Below, piece after piece: positions 27,306-36,520 of a stretch of DNA of 64,000 bases. Numbering within the stretch: the stretch's first letter is position 1; every line of letters starts with the position of its first letter. The notes below the pieces were generated by a model. It was not told the DNA's origin, made no database searches, and was given only the letters and a program-made list of their open reading frames with translations. The DNA lies in IMG/VR virus record IMGVR_UViG_3300046692_000091, positions 1 to 64,000 of that record; one strand, 5' to 3'. The position numbers and the translations under genes were made by a program.

Positions 27306-27430
27306 TTTAGCGGTATTCCTGAAAGTGAATGTTTCTAATTATGTGCCGTGTATTATTAACTTGGTAGGTAGTTTATTACATATCCCTATGTATCCAGCTA
27401 TAACGTCAACATTCAACGGGGTGTCCTCCA

Positions 27431-27967
27431 ATGGTCAAACTGTTAGTCCTACCCGTCACCCTACTGGAACATTTCCGTAATGACGGCGTACAGCTTACTA
27501 AATTGCTTGACATCAACTATATGGCAAGCGTTGCGTCAGTCAGCGATCTCGCTGCGATCCATGACGCGATCAATAAATTCCCATTCAAGTTTTGTGAATC
27601 CACTAAAGTTGAATTAGCAGATAGTCCGGTATCCGGCCTTATGCAACTAGCCAGTGCTCCAGGTGTTACGAACCTTAAGATGCAAGATTTACACAATCGT
27701 GTAGAAGGACGTATTACTAACAACGCACTAACTAAAGCTCTGCATCCTAGCCTAGAATGCTATGAATACAGTCTTTATCCTGTAGATGAGAATCTTTGGG
27801 TTGCTGTGCAAAAGAGTTTGCACATGGGTAATGGCGATCCTGCTCGACTCTCCATCAAGGCCAATCGTGCATTATTTGATAGTATGATTGGCGAACTGAT
27901 GCGAACTCGAACATTCGAGAGTGTCGCTTCAACAAAACTGTTCACTTATTATTTAGAGGCATTGTAG
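27431..27967 (+). CDS. Minor capsid/structural protein (phiKZ gp119-like)
   Basis: 178 aa between helicase and major capsid gene, as in phiKZ. Confidence 0.65.
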   Translation: MVKLLVLPVTLLEHFRNDGVQLTKLLDINYMASVASVSDLAAIHDAINKFPFKFCESTKVELADSPVSGLMQLASAPGVTNLKMQDLHNRVEGRITNNALTKALHPSLECYEYSLYPVDENLWVAVQKSLHMGNGDPARLSIKANRALFDSMIGELMRTRTFESVASTKLFTYYLEAL

Positions 27968-28033
27968 GCCAAGCTCCTACATCCCTGAATTTTGTAACAC
28001 CACCAAAAACTCATCCCTTCGAAGGAATAGAAT

Positions 28034-30250
28034 ATGAATCTCGATTCACTGTTTAAACATAATGCCCAGAAGCAATACACCCGCTTCTCGATGGAAGACT
28101 TCCTCGGCGCACTGGAAGCAGAACAGAACTACGGCGACAGCGTTCTGGCTAAAGGTAAAGACCTGGTTGGTTTCATTAGCCAAGAAAACTTCGGTGACAT
28201 CTCGGAAGTCCAACGCGGCACCGCTGGTCAAATGTATACCGACATCGGTACTACCATGAAGAAGTTCGGTTTCGAACACTTCAAAGAAGGCCGTGGCTAC
28301 ATCACCGAGAACCAACAGCGCGCTGCTACAGTAGCTGCTATTGCATGTGCTGATCCAGAAGCTTACAAACGCGCTCTGCGTGCTGTAGCTAAAGAAGTCA
28401 TTTCCAACGAAGACAACGTTTACAACGTACGTCACGAATTCGGCGGTCCTGCTGGTGCTCTGCAAGTATTCCAAGACCACCTGGGTCTGGAAAACTACAA
28501 CGAAAAATCTCAACGTGACTTCCGCGTCGTAACTGTTGGTTACAACCTCGAAGCTTCCCGTCAGGATGAGTTCGCTGAACGTCTGTACCCTACTACCGTT
28601 ATCAACCCAGTTGAAGGTGGTGTTGTTCAGGTTCTTCCTTACATCGCTGTAATGAAAGACGTCTACCACGCTGTATCGGGTGCCAAACTGGCAAACGCAG
28701 AAGTAAACATGGTAGAAGCATACCGTGACCCTTCGATCCTGGATGACAACTGCACCGACCTGATCCCTGCTGTTGATCCAGATGGTACCAACCTGAAGTT
28801 CTTCACTGATCCTGCTCTGGTTCCACATCACGTTGTTACCAACGAACAGAACATGTCGGTTACCACTGGTCCTCTGCGTCCAAACGTTAAGATCGACCTG
28901 ATGGGTAACTCGAACGCCAACCTGCTGATCAACAAAGGCATGCTGGACATTTCTGATACCATCGATCCAAGTGGTCGTCTGAAAGCTCTGTACGTCAAGT
29001 TCGATGGCAAAGTAATCCGTTTCGTTGTTGACCGTCTGCCTACCGCTGTGTTCCAGCCTGGTCTGGTTGGTGATACTCGTCAAGCTAAACTGGACTTCGT
29101 AACTGACGACCTGGTTGTTGGTGCTGACACCAAAGCAATCGACGGTTCGATCTCTGCTAACATGCAGGAACTGGTTAACCGTAAGTGGACTGCACGTGTA
29201 AGCGTATCGTTCAGCGGTCATGTATCCACTTCCCGTGGTGATGCTCGTTACGGCGCTGCTGGTATCGAAATCGACCGTATCGTCGACGAAGACCGTAAGC
29301 TGATCTCGATCGAATCCGGTGACGGTGCTGATCTGGTTGCTGCTATCGGCGATCTGGAAGTTGTAGGTTACGACCTGGACGTTAAGTTCACCAACACTAA
29401 CCGCCGTCAGCGTGGTCACCTGTTGCAAACTCGCGCTATCCAGTTCCGTCACCCAATCCCGATGCACGCTCCGGTTACCCTGCCAATGTCCACCATGGAC
29501 GAGCAAGGCCCAGGCGACGTCGTTAAGGCGCTGACTGTTAACACCAACATCCGTAACAGCAACAACGCTGTTAAACGTCTGTTGAACTACCTGGCACAAC
29601 TGAAAGAAGTTGTTGGTAATGGTTACGACCGTCCTAAGTTCGGCGCTGTTGAAGGTGCTCTGAGCATCATGATGCGTCCAACCTACCGTGAAGGTTCGTT
29701 GCACCTGCCTGACCACATCGACACCCTGAAGTCTCAGGATCGCTGGCAGGACGTTTGCAGCACCATCTTGAACTTCGCTAAAGGTATCCTGTTCCCAGCA
29801 TACCGCGAGTCCAACATCGAAGCTGCTTTCCGTGTGATCTCGGGTAACCAAGACGAGAAGCCAATGTTCATCTTCGCTACCGACAAAGAAATCGGTAACT
29901 ACCTGATGACTCAAGGCGACGACCGTACCCTGGGCGCAATCCTCGAGTACGACCTGGTAACTACCAACAACGAACTGTTCGATGGTAAACTGGTAATCGT
30001 TCCTACTCGTAAGAACCCAACCGAAAACGACATCCTGTCCTTCGGCCAGTTCTTCTACGTATCGACCGTCATCGCTGACCTGCCTATCACCCGTGGTGGC
30101 AACCAAGTGACTCGTGAGATCGCAGCTGTTCCGTTCAACCTGCACGTGAACAACATCCCATTCGCAATCAACCTGACCATCACTGGTCTGGAAGAAGTGA
30201 TGGGCAAATCGCAGTGGAACAAACCACTGATCGATGCTATCTCTGCTTGA
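28034..30250 (+). CDS. Major capsid protein (phiKZ gp120-like)
   Basis: 738 aa, extreme high-expression codon bias, AAGGA RBS, (S/A/G)xE prohead-protease sites in the N-terminal region (SME, ALE, SQE, GLE153), position after DnaB/gp119. Confidence 0.9.
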   Translation: MNLDSLFKHNAQKQYTRFSMEDFLGALEAEQNYGDSVLAKGKDLVGFISQENFGDISEVQRGTAGQMYTDIGTTMKKFGFEHFKEGRGYITENQQRAATVAAIACADPEAYKRALRAVAKEVISNEDNVYNVRHEFGGPAGALQVFQDHLGLENYNEKSQRDFRVVTVGYNLEASRQDEFAERLYPTTVINPVEGGVVQVLPYIAVMKDVYHAVSGAKLANAEVNMVEAYRDPSILDDNCTDLIPAVDPDGTNLKFFTDPALVPHHVVTNEQNMSVTTGPLRPNVKIDLMGNSNANLLINKGMLDISDTIDPSGRLKALYVKFDGKVIRFVVDRLPTAVFQPGLVGDTRQAKLDFVTDDLVVGADTKAIDGSISANMQELVNRKWTARVSVSFSGHVSTSRGDARYGAAGIEIDRIVDEDRKLISIESGDGADLVAAIGDLEVVGYDLDVKFTNTNRRQRGHLLQTRAIQFRHPIPMHAPVTLPMSTMDEQGPGDVVKALTVNTNIRNSNNAVKRLLNYLAQLKEVVGNGYDRPKFGAVEGALSIMMRPTYREGSLHLPDHIDTLKSQDRWQDVCSTILNFAKGILFPAYRESNIEAAFRVISGNQDEKPMFIFATDKEIGNYLMTQGDDRTLGAILEYDLVTTNNELFDGKLVIVPTRKNPTENDILSFGQFFYVSTVIADLPITRGGNQVTREIAAVPFNLHVNNIPFAINLTITGLEEVMGKSQWNKPLIDAISA

Positions 30251-30331
30251 AGGAATCCGGGTAACATCCGTCGACTAGAAGATGGATCAATCCGGTATCT
30301 GGAAGATGGTCCCGAGAGGTACCTAGAGTAG
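30251..30331 (+). other. In-frame 26-codon read-through extension of the capsid gene: RNPGNIRRLEDGSIRYLEDGPERYLE*
   Basis: Open frame directly after TGA (context TGA-A) ending at TAG just before the terminator; 8-codon repeat with synonymous variation. Confidence 0.6.
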
Positions 30332-30335
30332 CAAA

Positions 30336-30370
30336 CATAACTGCCTCCCCTAGCGGGAGGCTTTATGCCG
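30336..30370 (+). terminator. CATAA-stem-TTATG terminator of the capsid operon
   Basis: CATAACT-GCCTCCC-CTAGC-GGGAGGC-TTTATGCCG. Confidence 0.85.
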
Positions 30371-30384
30371 TGTTAGACTGCAAT

Positions 30385-30410
30385 TAATTTCAGATCTATA
30401 TTACTGTTAT
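30385..30410 (+). promoter_or_regulatory. Early promoter of the gp121-gp122-nvRNAP operon
   Basis: TCAGATCTATATTACT; core at 30397-30404. Confidence 0.8.
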
Positions 30411-30450
30411 ACTAGATTCCCAACCCTCTTTAGATCTTGAGATCCTAATC

Positions 30451-31047
30451 ATGAATTACTTTGAACGCTTTGAAAGAGTGCTCAACCAAAAGTTCAATGG
30501 AGACATGCAGGCTTGCCTGAGCTCCACTGGATTTGATAGCTACAAAGATCGACCCATACGTATCGTTGAGATTGATCGTCGTCCTAAAAAGGAACCTGTC
30601 TATGTGACAGTTCCAGTTGAAGTTGTAACCCCAGTTGTTGAACCAGAGGAAGTGAATGATATTGAGTTTGATGTAATCGATCTAGAAGCAGAAATGGAAA
30701 GAAGGAGAAAAAGTACTGAGACTAATAATCCTGTACAACCTGAACCAGCCATCGAAGATTCGAAAGCTGTTCCTCTTTCTTTGACCGTACGGGATTCGAC
30801 CAAGTCGTTATCCAGGGGGTCGGTTTTACAAAAGAAGAAGAGTCAAGCTACCAAGACCTCGTTCACCGCAACCGGTGGCAATAGAGCCCAACGTAGAGCC
30901 GCCCAAGCCCTCATGCGCAAAGGTGGTAAAACGTCAAGTTCGAGTACTCGGAAAGACGATGAACGAAACAGTGGTGGTTCACAAAAAGCCGACGCACCGA
31001 AACGTGTAAGTTTGAGTGAACTGGAATTCGGGTTTAGATTGGAATAG
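30451..31047 (+). CDS. Hypothetical low-complexity protein (acidic middle, basic C-terminus; gp121-like by synteny)
   Basis: 198 aa. Confidence 0.65.
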   Translation: MNYFERFERVLNQKFNGDMQACLSSTGFDSYKDRPIRIVEIDRRPKKEPVYVTVPVEVVTPVVEPEEVNDIEFDVIDLEAEMERRRKSTETNNPVQPEPAIEDSKAVPLSLTVRDSTKSLSRGSVLQKKKSQATKTSFTATGGNRAQRRAAQALMRKGGKTSSSSTRKDDERNSGGSQKADAPKRVSLSELEFGFRLE

Positions 31048-32239
31048 CTTTATGCCGCAACGTGGGAAAAGCCCCTTCACAGAAATCAAAGGCCTAGATT
31101 ACCAAGCCGGTTATATCAGCAAAGAATCAGCAATCGCAACTGCCCAGGGTAAATTGGGTTCTCAGATGTCTATCGGCGGTAGCTGGATTATCGAGAACTA
31201 TACCGATACTGAGATCATCAGTTATAATCGGCTGGGCATCACCCAACGAGCTAAGCAATGTAAACCAGTCCGTGGGTATGTACGAATTGAGATGTGTATG
31301 TGGGTTGGCACTCTGTCAGCATTCGAAGATCTGACGCTTCGCACCACCACCAAGCATCTGACTGAATCACAACGCAAAATGATTGCAGACTACATGGCGT
31401 CGCCAGTGGCGGATCGACTGCGTCCTCAATCTGGTTATCAAGAACTAAGACTGCATTGGGATATCCCAGCACAGTTGTTGCATGACAATCCACATGGTGT
31501 CTATCTGGATGTCCTAGGAATTGTAATCGCATTCGTAGATCCGAATGCTAGCTCTTTCGCTGCACCACATGTTGACTTCGAATATCTCGAAGACGATGAG
31601 TTCGAACATCAGGGTGTATATGCATCCTTCAATAAACATGATGAACTAGTCCAGTCTATCTGGATCAATTATAAGGGGACAAGTGCCACCAAGCTCTGTA
31701 ACAACCAGAACGATCCAAGCCAAGATGAAGGCCTGACTGTATGGATCGATGGCGAGAAGCATTTCTATAAGCTGTCTGAGATGGCTAGCAATGGCTACCA
31801 CATGACAAAAGCTGCAGCGTATGCTGAGCATTCCGAATCTAATGCTGCCGCCTCTGGTGCGCACAAACAACATCTACAGGAGATGGAAAGAGATTACGAT
31901 CGAAGGTTGAATGAAGAGAAGACGACTTATGAACGTCGAATGCGTGAAGAAGCAATTGCGCGAGAGCTAGAACAGAAAGAATCTGATCGGCAACTTAAAG
32001 AAGCTGACCGGGTTAATAAAGACCTCCAAATGAAGCTTTCTGCAGAGCGAGACTATCGCCTCTATCTGGACAATCGTGCAGATAAGAAATACGACCGGGA
32101 TCAACTTATGGTTGACAAGCGGCCAACACGGATTACCTCAAGGCTAACTGTAGTTGCCACTGCCACCACTGTAATGCTTGGCTGTATCAAGTTCTATCAA
32201 GAAGTGAAGAAGATGTACGGCACAGAAGGGAGTACGTAG
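31016..32239 (+). CDS. Conserved protein with C-terminal coiled coil and hydrophobic tail (gp122-like)
   Basis: 407 aa; E/R/K-rich helix then LTVVATATTVMLGCI. Confidence 0.65.
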   Translation: MNWNSGLDWNSFMPQRGKSPFTEIKGLDYQAGYISKESAIATAQGKLGSQMSIGGSWIIENYTDTEIISYNRLGITQRAKQCKPVRGYVRIEMCMWVGTLSAFEDLTLRTTTKHLTESQRKMIADYMASPVADRLRPQSGYQELRLHWDIPAQLLHDNPHGVYLDVLGIVIAFVDPNASSFAAPHVDFEYLEDDEFEHQGVYASFNKHDELVQSIWINYKGTSATKLCNNQNDPSQDEGLTVWIDGEKHFYKLSEMASNGYHMTKAAAYAEHSESNAAASGAHKQHLQEMERDYDRRLNEEKTTYERRMREEAIARELEQKESDRQLKEADRVNKDLQMKLSAERDYRLYLDNRADKKYDRDQLMVDKRPTRITSRLTVVATATTVMLGCIKFYQEVKKMYGTEGST

Positions 32240-33867
32240 TGGACCCGAAGTTAATTGCAGGAATCAAAGCACGTATGCCACGGATGAATCCTATCCTGGC
32301 GAATGGTATCGCAGTCGAGCAGATGATGACTATCGACGAAGATACTGGCATCAATTATACCCGACGTGAAATTGATCGCATCATGGGAATCAACGCCAAC
32401 ATCTGGCCAGCTGATTTCAAATATGTCGGCAACACACTGGTAACTCCTTGGAAACACTTCGATGAGATTACCCGTGAGTATGGTTCTAAACGTATCGCTA
32501 ACATTGCGAAGTCTACCACCTACATGGTGAACTTGAACTTCACGTATAAAGGCGAAGCGCTGTTCCCTCGTCCATTGCTCTTACCATCCGTTCAAGATGG
32601 TGGCATCGTAACACTCAACGGTGCAAACTACACCGTATCCCCAGTATCGAAAGACGTAGCGTTCTCTGTACTGAACGGTAGCATCTTTATCCCACTCCGT
32701 CGGACCAAGCTGACATTCAAACAGAAGTCGCACCACTACTTCTGTAATGGCAACCGAAAGATCATGTATGTGATTTGGTCTCAGATTCACAACGAGATGG
32801 GTAAACGTACTAAGAAGGATTATGATAAGCGTGAGCGAATCGAATCCAGTTTGGCGCAATACTTCTTCGCACAATTCGGCGTAACTGAGTCATTCAAACG
32901 CTGGGCAGGTGCAGATGTACAAGTAGGTTATCTGAAAGACTTCCCTGAATCGCAATACCCACGTGATCAATGGAACGTATACCAATCTGCCACGCTTACA
33001 GGTGCTCACCCAACAGGTGATCATGTCCTGGTCGTCCCAGCCCATCAAGAAAATGATCTGGTGAAACGATTGGTTGCAGGATACTGGTACGTAGTCGATA
33101 CATTCCCTAACCGGTTTGTGGAACCACACTACGCTGATTCTATCGATCTCTGGCGCATCATCCTGGGCCACATGGTTTTCGGTGACTTCGAACACCAAGG
33201 CAAAGTGGCAGAGAACATCAAGTCCCACATGTATTCCCTGGAAACAACTCTCGATGAGATGACCATGGAAGAATTACATTCGGTTGGCATCAAAGCCAAT
33301 AACATCTGGGAACTGTTCCATTCTATCATGACCGATATGGCCCACCACTTGTATGCTTCGGATATCGATGAAACGTCGATGTATAACAAGCGTCTCACAG
33401 TGCTGCCATATGTGATGGAAGACTTCAACTATGCTGTATCCATGTTCTCGTATATGTTCCAAGGTCGTCGGGATAAAACCGAATGGTCTCTACAAGAACT
33501 GAACGATGGCCTGAAGCGTTCGTTTAAACTGAACACAGCCATCCGTAAACTTACATCTGAACACGGTGAACTGGATACTCTATCCATGCCAGGTTCTAAC
33601 AAAGTTATTCGTTGTACCTCTATCCTGGTTCCTCAGGATCGTGCGAAGTCTGCACTGGCACACAACAAGTCGTTGCTGGCGGATAACTCTCGATTGCTGA
33701 ACGCATCTATTGCAGAAGTGTGTCAGTATCGAAACCAACCGAAGAACAACCCTGATGGCCGAGGTCGACTTAATCTGTTTGCCAAGTTCAGGCATGACGG
33801 ATTGATCGAACGGCGTGATGAAGTAAAAGATCGTATCGATGTAGCACAAAGCCGCTTCAGTCGATAA
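32239..33867 (+). CDS. Non-virion RNA polymerase beta subunit, N-terminal part (phiKZ gp123-like)
   Basis: 542 aa; LPSVQDGGIVTLNGANY resembles the beta-subunit 'G.F.INGxE' region; size and position match; GTG start overlaps upstream TAG. Confidence 0.8.
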   Translation: MDPKLIAGIKARMPRMNPILANGIAVEQMMTIDEDTGINYTRREIDRIMGINANIWPADFKYVGNTLVTPWKHFDEITREYGSKRIANIAKSTTYMVNLNFTYKGEALFPRPLLLPSVQDGGIVTLNGANYTVSPVSKDVAFSVLNGSIFIPLRRTKLTFKQKSHHYFCNGNRKIMYVIWSQIHNEMGKRTKKDYDKRERIESSLAQYFFAQFGVTESFKRWAGADVQVGYLKDFPESQYPRDQWNVYQSATLTGAHPTGDHVLVVPAHQENDLVKRLVAGYWYVVDTFPNRFVEPHYADSIDLWRIILGHMVFGDFEHQGKVAENIKSHMYSLETTLDEMTMEELHSVGIKANNIWELFHSIMTDMAHHLYASDIDETSMYNKRLTVLPYVMEDFNYAVSMFSYMFQGRRDKTEWSLQELNDGLKRSFKLNTAIRKLTSEHGELDTLSMPGSNKVIRCTSILVPQDRAKSALAHNKSLLADNSRLLNASIAEVCQYRNQPKNNPDGRGRLNLFAKFRHDGLIERRDEVKDRIDVAQSRFSR

Positions 33868-33892
33868 AATCTCAGATCTACATTACTAGGGT
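33865..33892 (+). promoter_or_regulatory. Variant early promoter
   Basis: TCAGATCTACATTACT, 15/16 identical to 30390-30405. Confidence 0.65.
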
Positions 33893-33947
33893 AGAACTCA
33901 CACAGAAGGGGTAAGCCCTAATTGCAAATACTCAAAAGGAAACATGC

Positions 33948-36119
33948 ATGTACTCGCAACAAATGATGCAACAGCCACAACAGCAGCAGCAACACCAGCC
34001 GCAGTATCTGGCTAACATCTGCATCAACCAAGTGGATCACTCTACATTCAATCCAAACCTGCCAGCCGGGAATGATTTGCCGATCCAGGTTCCACAGTCC
34101 CAATGGCTGCAGAATCCACAAGCCGTACAATTGCTTGGTGCTGCGCTCGGTACATTCCGTCTGCGTCTGCAGGAACGTGCAGCTCGCTCGCCTCTGCATA
34201 CCTGGGCATATAACCAAATCTCCCAGAACCGTTTCCAGAATCCAATCTGGCAACAGTGGTCGGCACATGTTGCAGGCTTCCTGGAATTCATCATGGTAGC
34301 ACAGGGTCAGAACAACCCACCGCAAGTGGCAGTTCCGAAAGCAGCAGATACCATGTTCAAATGCTATCTGTCGAACTGTGTTGCAGCTCAGCCTTCCCTC
34401 GGTCAATTCGTAGCGCAAGATCAAGCAGCTATGATGGACCTGCAGAAGTATAGCCAGATGTTCGGTGTGATCATGCAGGACATCCAAGCATATCGCTCGG
34501 GTCGTGCAATGGCACCACAACAACAGGTTATGGTTCAACAGCCTCAGATGGGTATGATGAACAATGGTCAAATGGTTTCCATGCAGCAGCCAGGCATGGG
34601 TCAACTTCCAGCCATCGGTGTTAATCCACAATATGGTCAACCACAAATGATCCAGCGTGCACCAATGCATCTGTCTTCTATGGCAGTAGGTTCTCAACCA
34701 CTGGGCGTTCAAGCGATCGCACCACAACCATTGCAGGGTACCGGCAGTACTGGTATGGACTATGGCATCCCTGCCGCAGAGCCTGCTCCAGCCCCTGTAG
34801 TGATCGTACAGCAACAACAGCAGTCGACTGCACCGTTGATGCCAGTTGAGTCCTATGGTGAGTATGTAGCACCTGTGACTACCCCTGTGGTACATCAGCC
34901 AATGCTGAGCGTGGAAGAACTGGATCGTCCGATCCCGATGTCTACCAAAGATGTCATCCTCGATCCGCACTATCACAACCCAGCTGGATTCGAAGTTGAT
35001 ATGGAACGTCCATTCGACATCATCCATTCTCCAGGTGGCGTGATTACTCGTCCAGCTTATCAGGTTCCTGATTGGAACGTGACGCGTAACGATACATTCG
35101 TCTATACCCAAATGGTCGATCCTTCCCGTTATATCCGTTTCTATACGAAGTGGCCAGATGGGATGGTTCAAGAAAGCATTGTCGAGATTACTGACATGAT
35201 GAACTATCTGCAACATGAGATCGATGCTGATCTTCGTCAAGCTGCTACCAAGCATACCGGTGAAGTGCGTCGTACCGCCCTGAAAATTCACACAGAGATC
35301 ACAGACATGAAGCCCCTCGCTGAAGTCAAAGAACTGCAACTGGCAGATGAATGCCAACCAGTTAAGATGTCGGTAGACTTCCAAGGTACCACTGACATGG
35401 AGAACGAAGTAGAGTCCCGTAAGGTTCTCCGCCAAGAACTCAGCCTGTCGAAAGAAGCCAAGCTGCCATCCCATGAGTATAGCTCCACTCGTACTCACCT
35501 GATCGATATCGATCAAGATGGTTTCGATGCTCTGCTGGCTAGCCTGGATACTAACGATCTGCAACAAGTCGCCAAAGACTTCGCTCTGCATAATCGCCAA
35601 GGTCTGCTATCGGCTCGTGTCTACAACTTCATCAACCAGCGCCTGACCCTGGAAACGAATTCGTTCATGAAAGATGCCATGTCTCTGGATGTGGATATCG
35701 ATGACTTCATGCAGGACATCGGTCCTCTGATGGATCACCTGAACTCTGACTTCGATGCCAAGTATCTGACGCTGCTGAAAGAAGCGACTTCGCTGATCCT
35801 GTCCCGTGCAGTTCAGCTGTCCCGTACCGAAGATGATGAAGGTGAAATCACCTATTCGATCAATGACACATTCGTCAACCTGCAGACCGGTTGGTTGCTG
35901 GCTGATCTGACTGATGCCAAACTGAATACCGAAGCACAACTGGTATCCGGTTATACTCACCAGGCTCTGATCGATTCGATCAAAGGCATGTATGGTCGTG
36001 CATCTGCAGGCGAGCGCATTCTGCGTCGCTTCCGTGTCGTGACTCTGGATGGTGCTTACCTGGAAATCTTCAAAGGTGTCCTGGTTGACAAAGCGTTCAT
36101 GTTCAAGCGTGTAGCGTAA
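33948..36119 (+). CDS. Large conserved protein with Gln/Met/Pro-rich low-complexity segments (phiKZ gp124/125-like by synteny)
   Basis: 723 aa, AAGGA RBS, biased codons, N-terminus MYSQQMMQQPQQQQQHQPQ. Confidence 0.75.
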   Translation: MYSQQMMQQPQQQQQHQPQYLANICINQVDHSTFNPNLPAGNDLPIQVPQSQWLQNPQAVQLLGAALGTFRLRLQERAARSPLHTWAYNQISQNRFQNPIWQQWSAHVAGFLEFIMVAQGQNNPPQVAVPKAADTMFKCYLSNCVAAQPSLGQFVAQDQAAMMDLQKYSQMFGVIMQDIQAYRSGRAMAPQQQVMVQQPQMGMMNNGQMVSMQQPGMGQLPAIGVNPQYGQPQMIQRAPMHLSSMAVGSQPLGVQAIAPQPLQGTGSTGMDYGIPAAEPAPAPVVIVQQQQQSTAPLMPVESYGEYVAPVTTPVVHQPMLSVEELDRPIPMSTKDVILDPHYHNPAGFEVDMERPFDIIHSPGGVITRPAYQVPDWNVTRNDTFVYTQMVDPSRYIRFYTKWPDGMVQESIVEITDMMNYLQHEIDADLRQAATKHTGEVRRTALKIHTEITDMKPLAEVKELQLADECQPVKMSVDFQGTTDMENEVESRKVLRQELSLSKEAKLPSHEYSSTRTHLIDIDQDGFDALLASLDTNDLQQVAKDFALHNRQGLLSARVYNFINQRLTLETNSFMKDAMSLDVDIDDFMQDIGPLMDHLNSDFDAKYLTLLKEATSLILSRAVQLSRTEDDEGEITYSINDTFVNLQTGWLLADLTDAKLNTEAQLVSGYTHQALIDSIKGMYGRASAGERILRRFRVVTLDGAYLEIFKGVLVDKAFMFKRVA

Positions 36120-36123
36120 GATC

Positions 36124-36160
36124 GGCATAAGCCCTCCCTTCGGGGAGGGTTCTATTTTGT
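36124..36160 (+). terminator. CATAA-family terminator
   Basis: GGCATAAG-CCCTCCC-TTCG-GGGAGGG-TTCTATTTT. Confidence 0.8.
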
Positions 36161-36520
36161 TTGGAGCTGTTAATGATTAGCAAGTGTGTACGCAACATCA
36201 GTCGTGACAAAGGTCTGACCATTCCAGATTGGAAAAAGTTCTTCGAAGCTAACCCAACTCCATGGGTATACAAAACTCATGCGGATGCCAAGACTGAAGA
36301 AGTCATTAACACCGCGATGAATGCTAAAGCATACATCAGTAACATAGTGTTCCAAGACGATGGCTTCTCCTACGATCTGAACCTGCTGGATGGGTTTACC
36401 GAAGAAGACCAATACCATCACTTCATCGAACCAGTCTATGGAATCATCTTCCGTGGCGGTAAAGCAGTGCAAGCAGAAATCAAATTCCTGGAGTTCTCGC
36501 CTAGTGAAATCGCTCGGTAA
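36161..36520 (+). CDS. Hypothetical protein
   Basis: About 115-119 aa; likely ATG start at MISK. Confidence 0.6.
   Translation: MELLMISKCVRNISRDKGLTIPDWKKFFEANPTPWVYKTHADAKTEEVINTAMNAKAYISNIVFQDDGFSYDLNLLDGFTEEDQYHHFIEPVYGIIFRGGKAVQAEIKFLEFSPSEIAR

Noticed and set aside
27340-27430. Individual late TATG promoters
   Set aside because: A 4-nt motif cannot be assigned from sequence alone without TSS data.
28046-30145. 699-aa antisense ORF over the capsid gene
   Set aside because: Shadow of the strongly biased sense codons (few reverse-complement stops); no RBS, and the composition is V/D/Q-rich nonsense.
30248-30331. Genome-wide stop-codon reassignment as the explanation of the capsid extension
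   Set aside because: Many genes end at TGA or TAG with overlapping next starts or terminators, so the standard code applies; any read-through must be local.
25773-33867. Inteins or introns in DnaB or the RNAP subunit
   Set aside because: Sizes look uninterrupted; no C...HN splice motifs or homing-endonuclease motifs were seen.
33918-35600. 560-aa antisense ORF over the Q-rich gene
   Set aside because: H/L-rich mirror of CAG/CAA/ATG codons; no independent signals.
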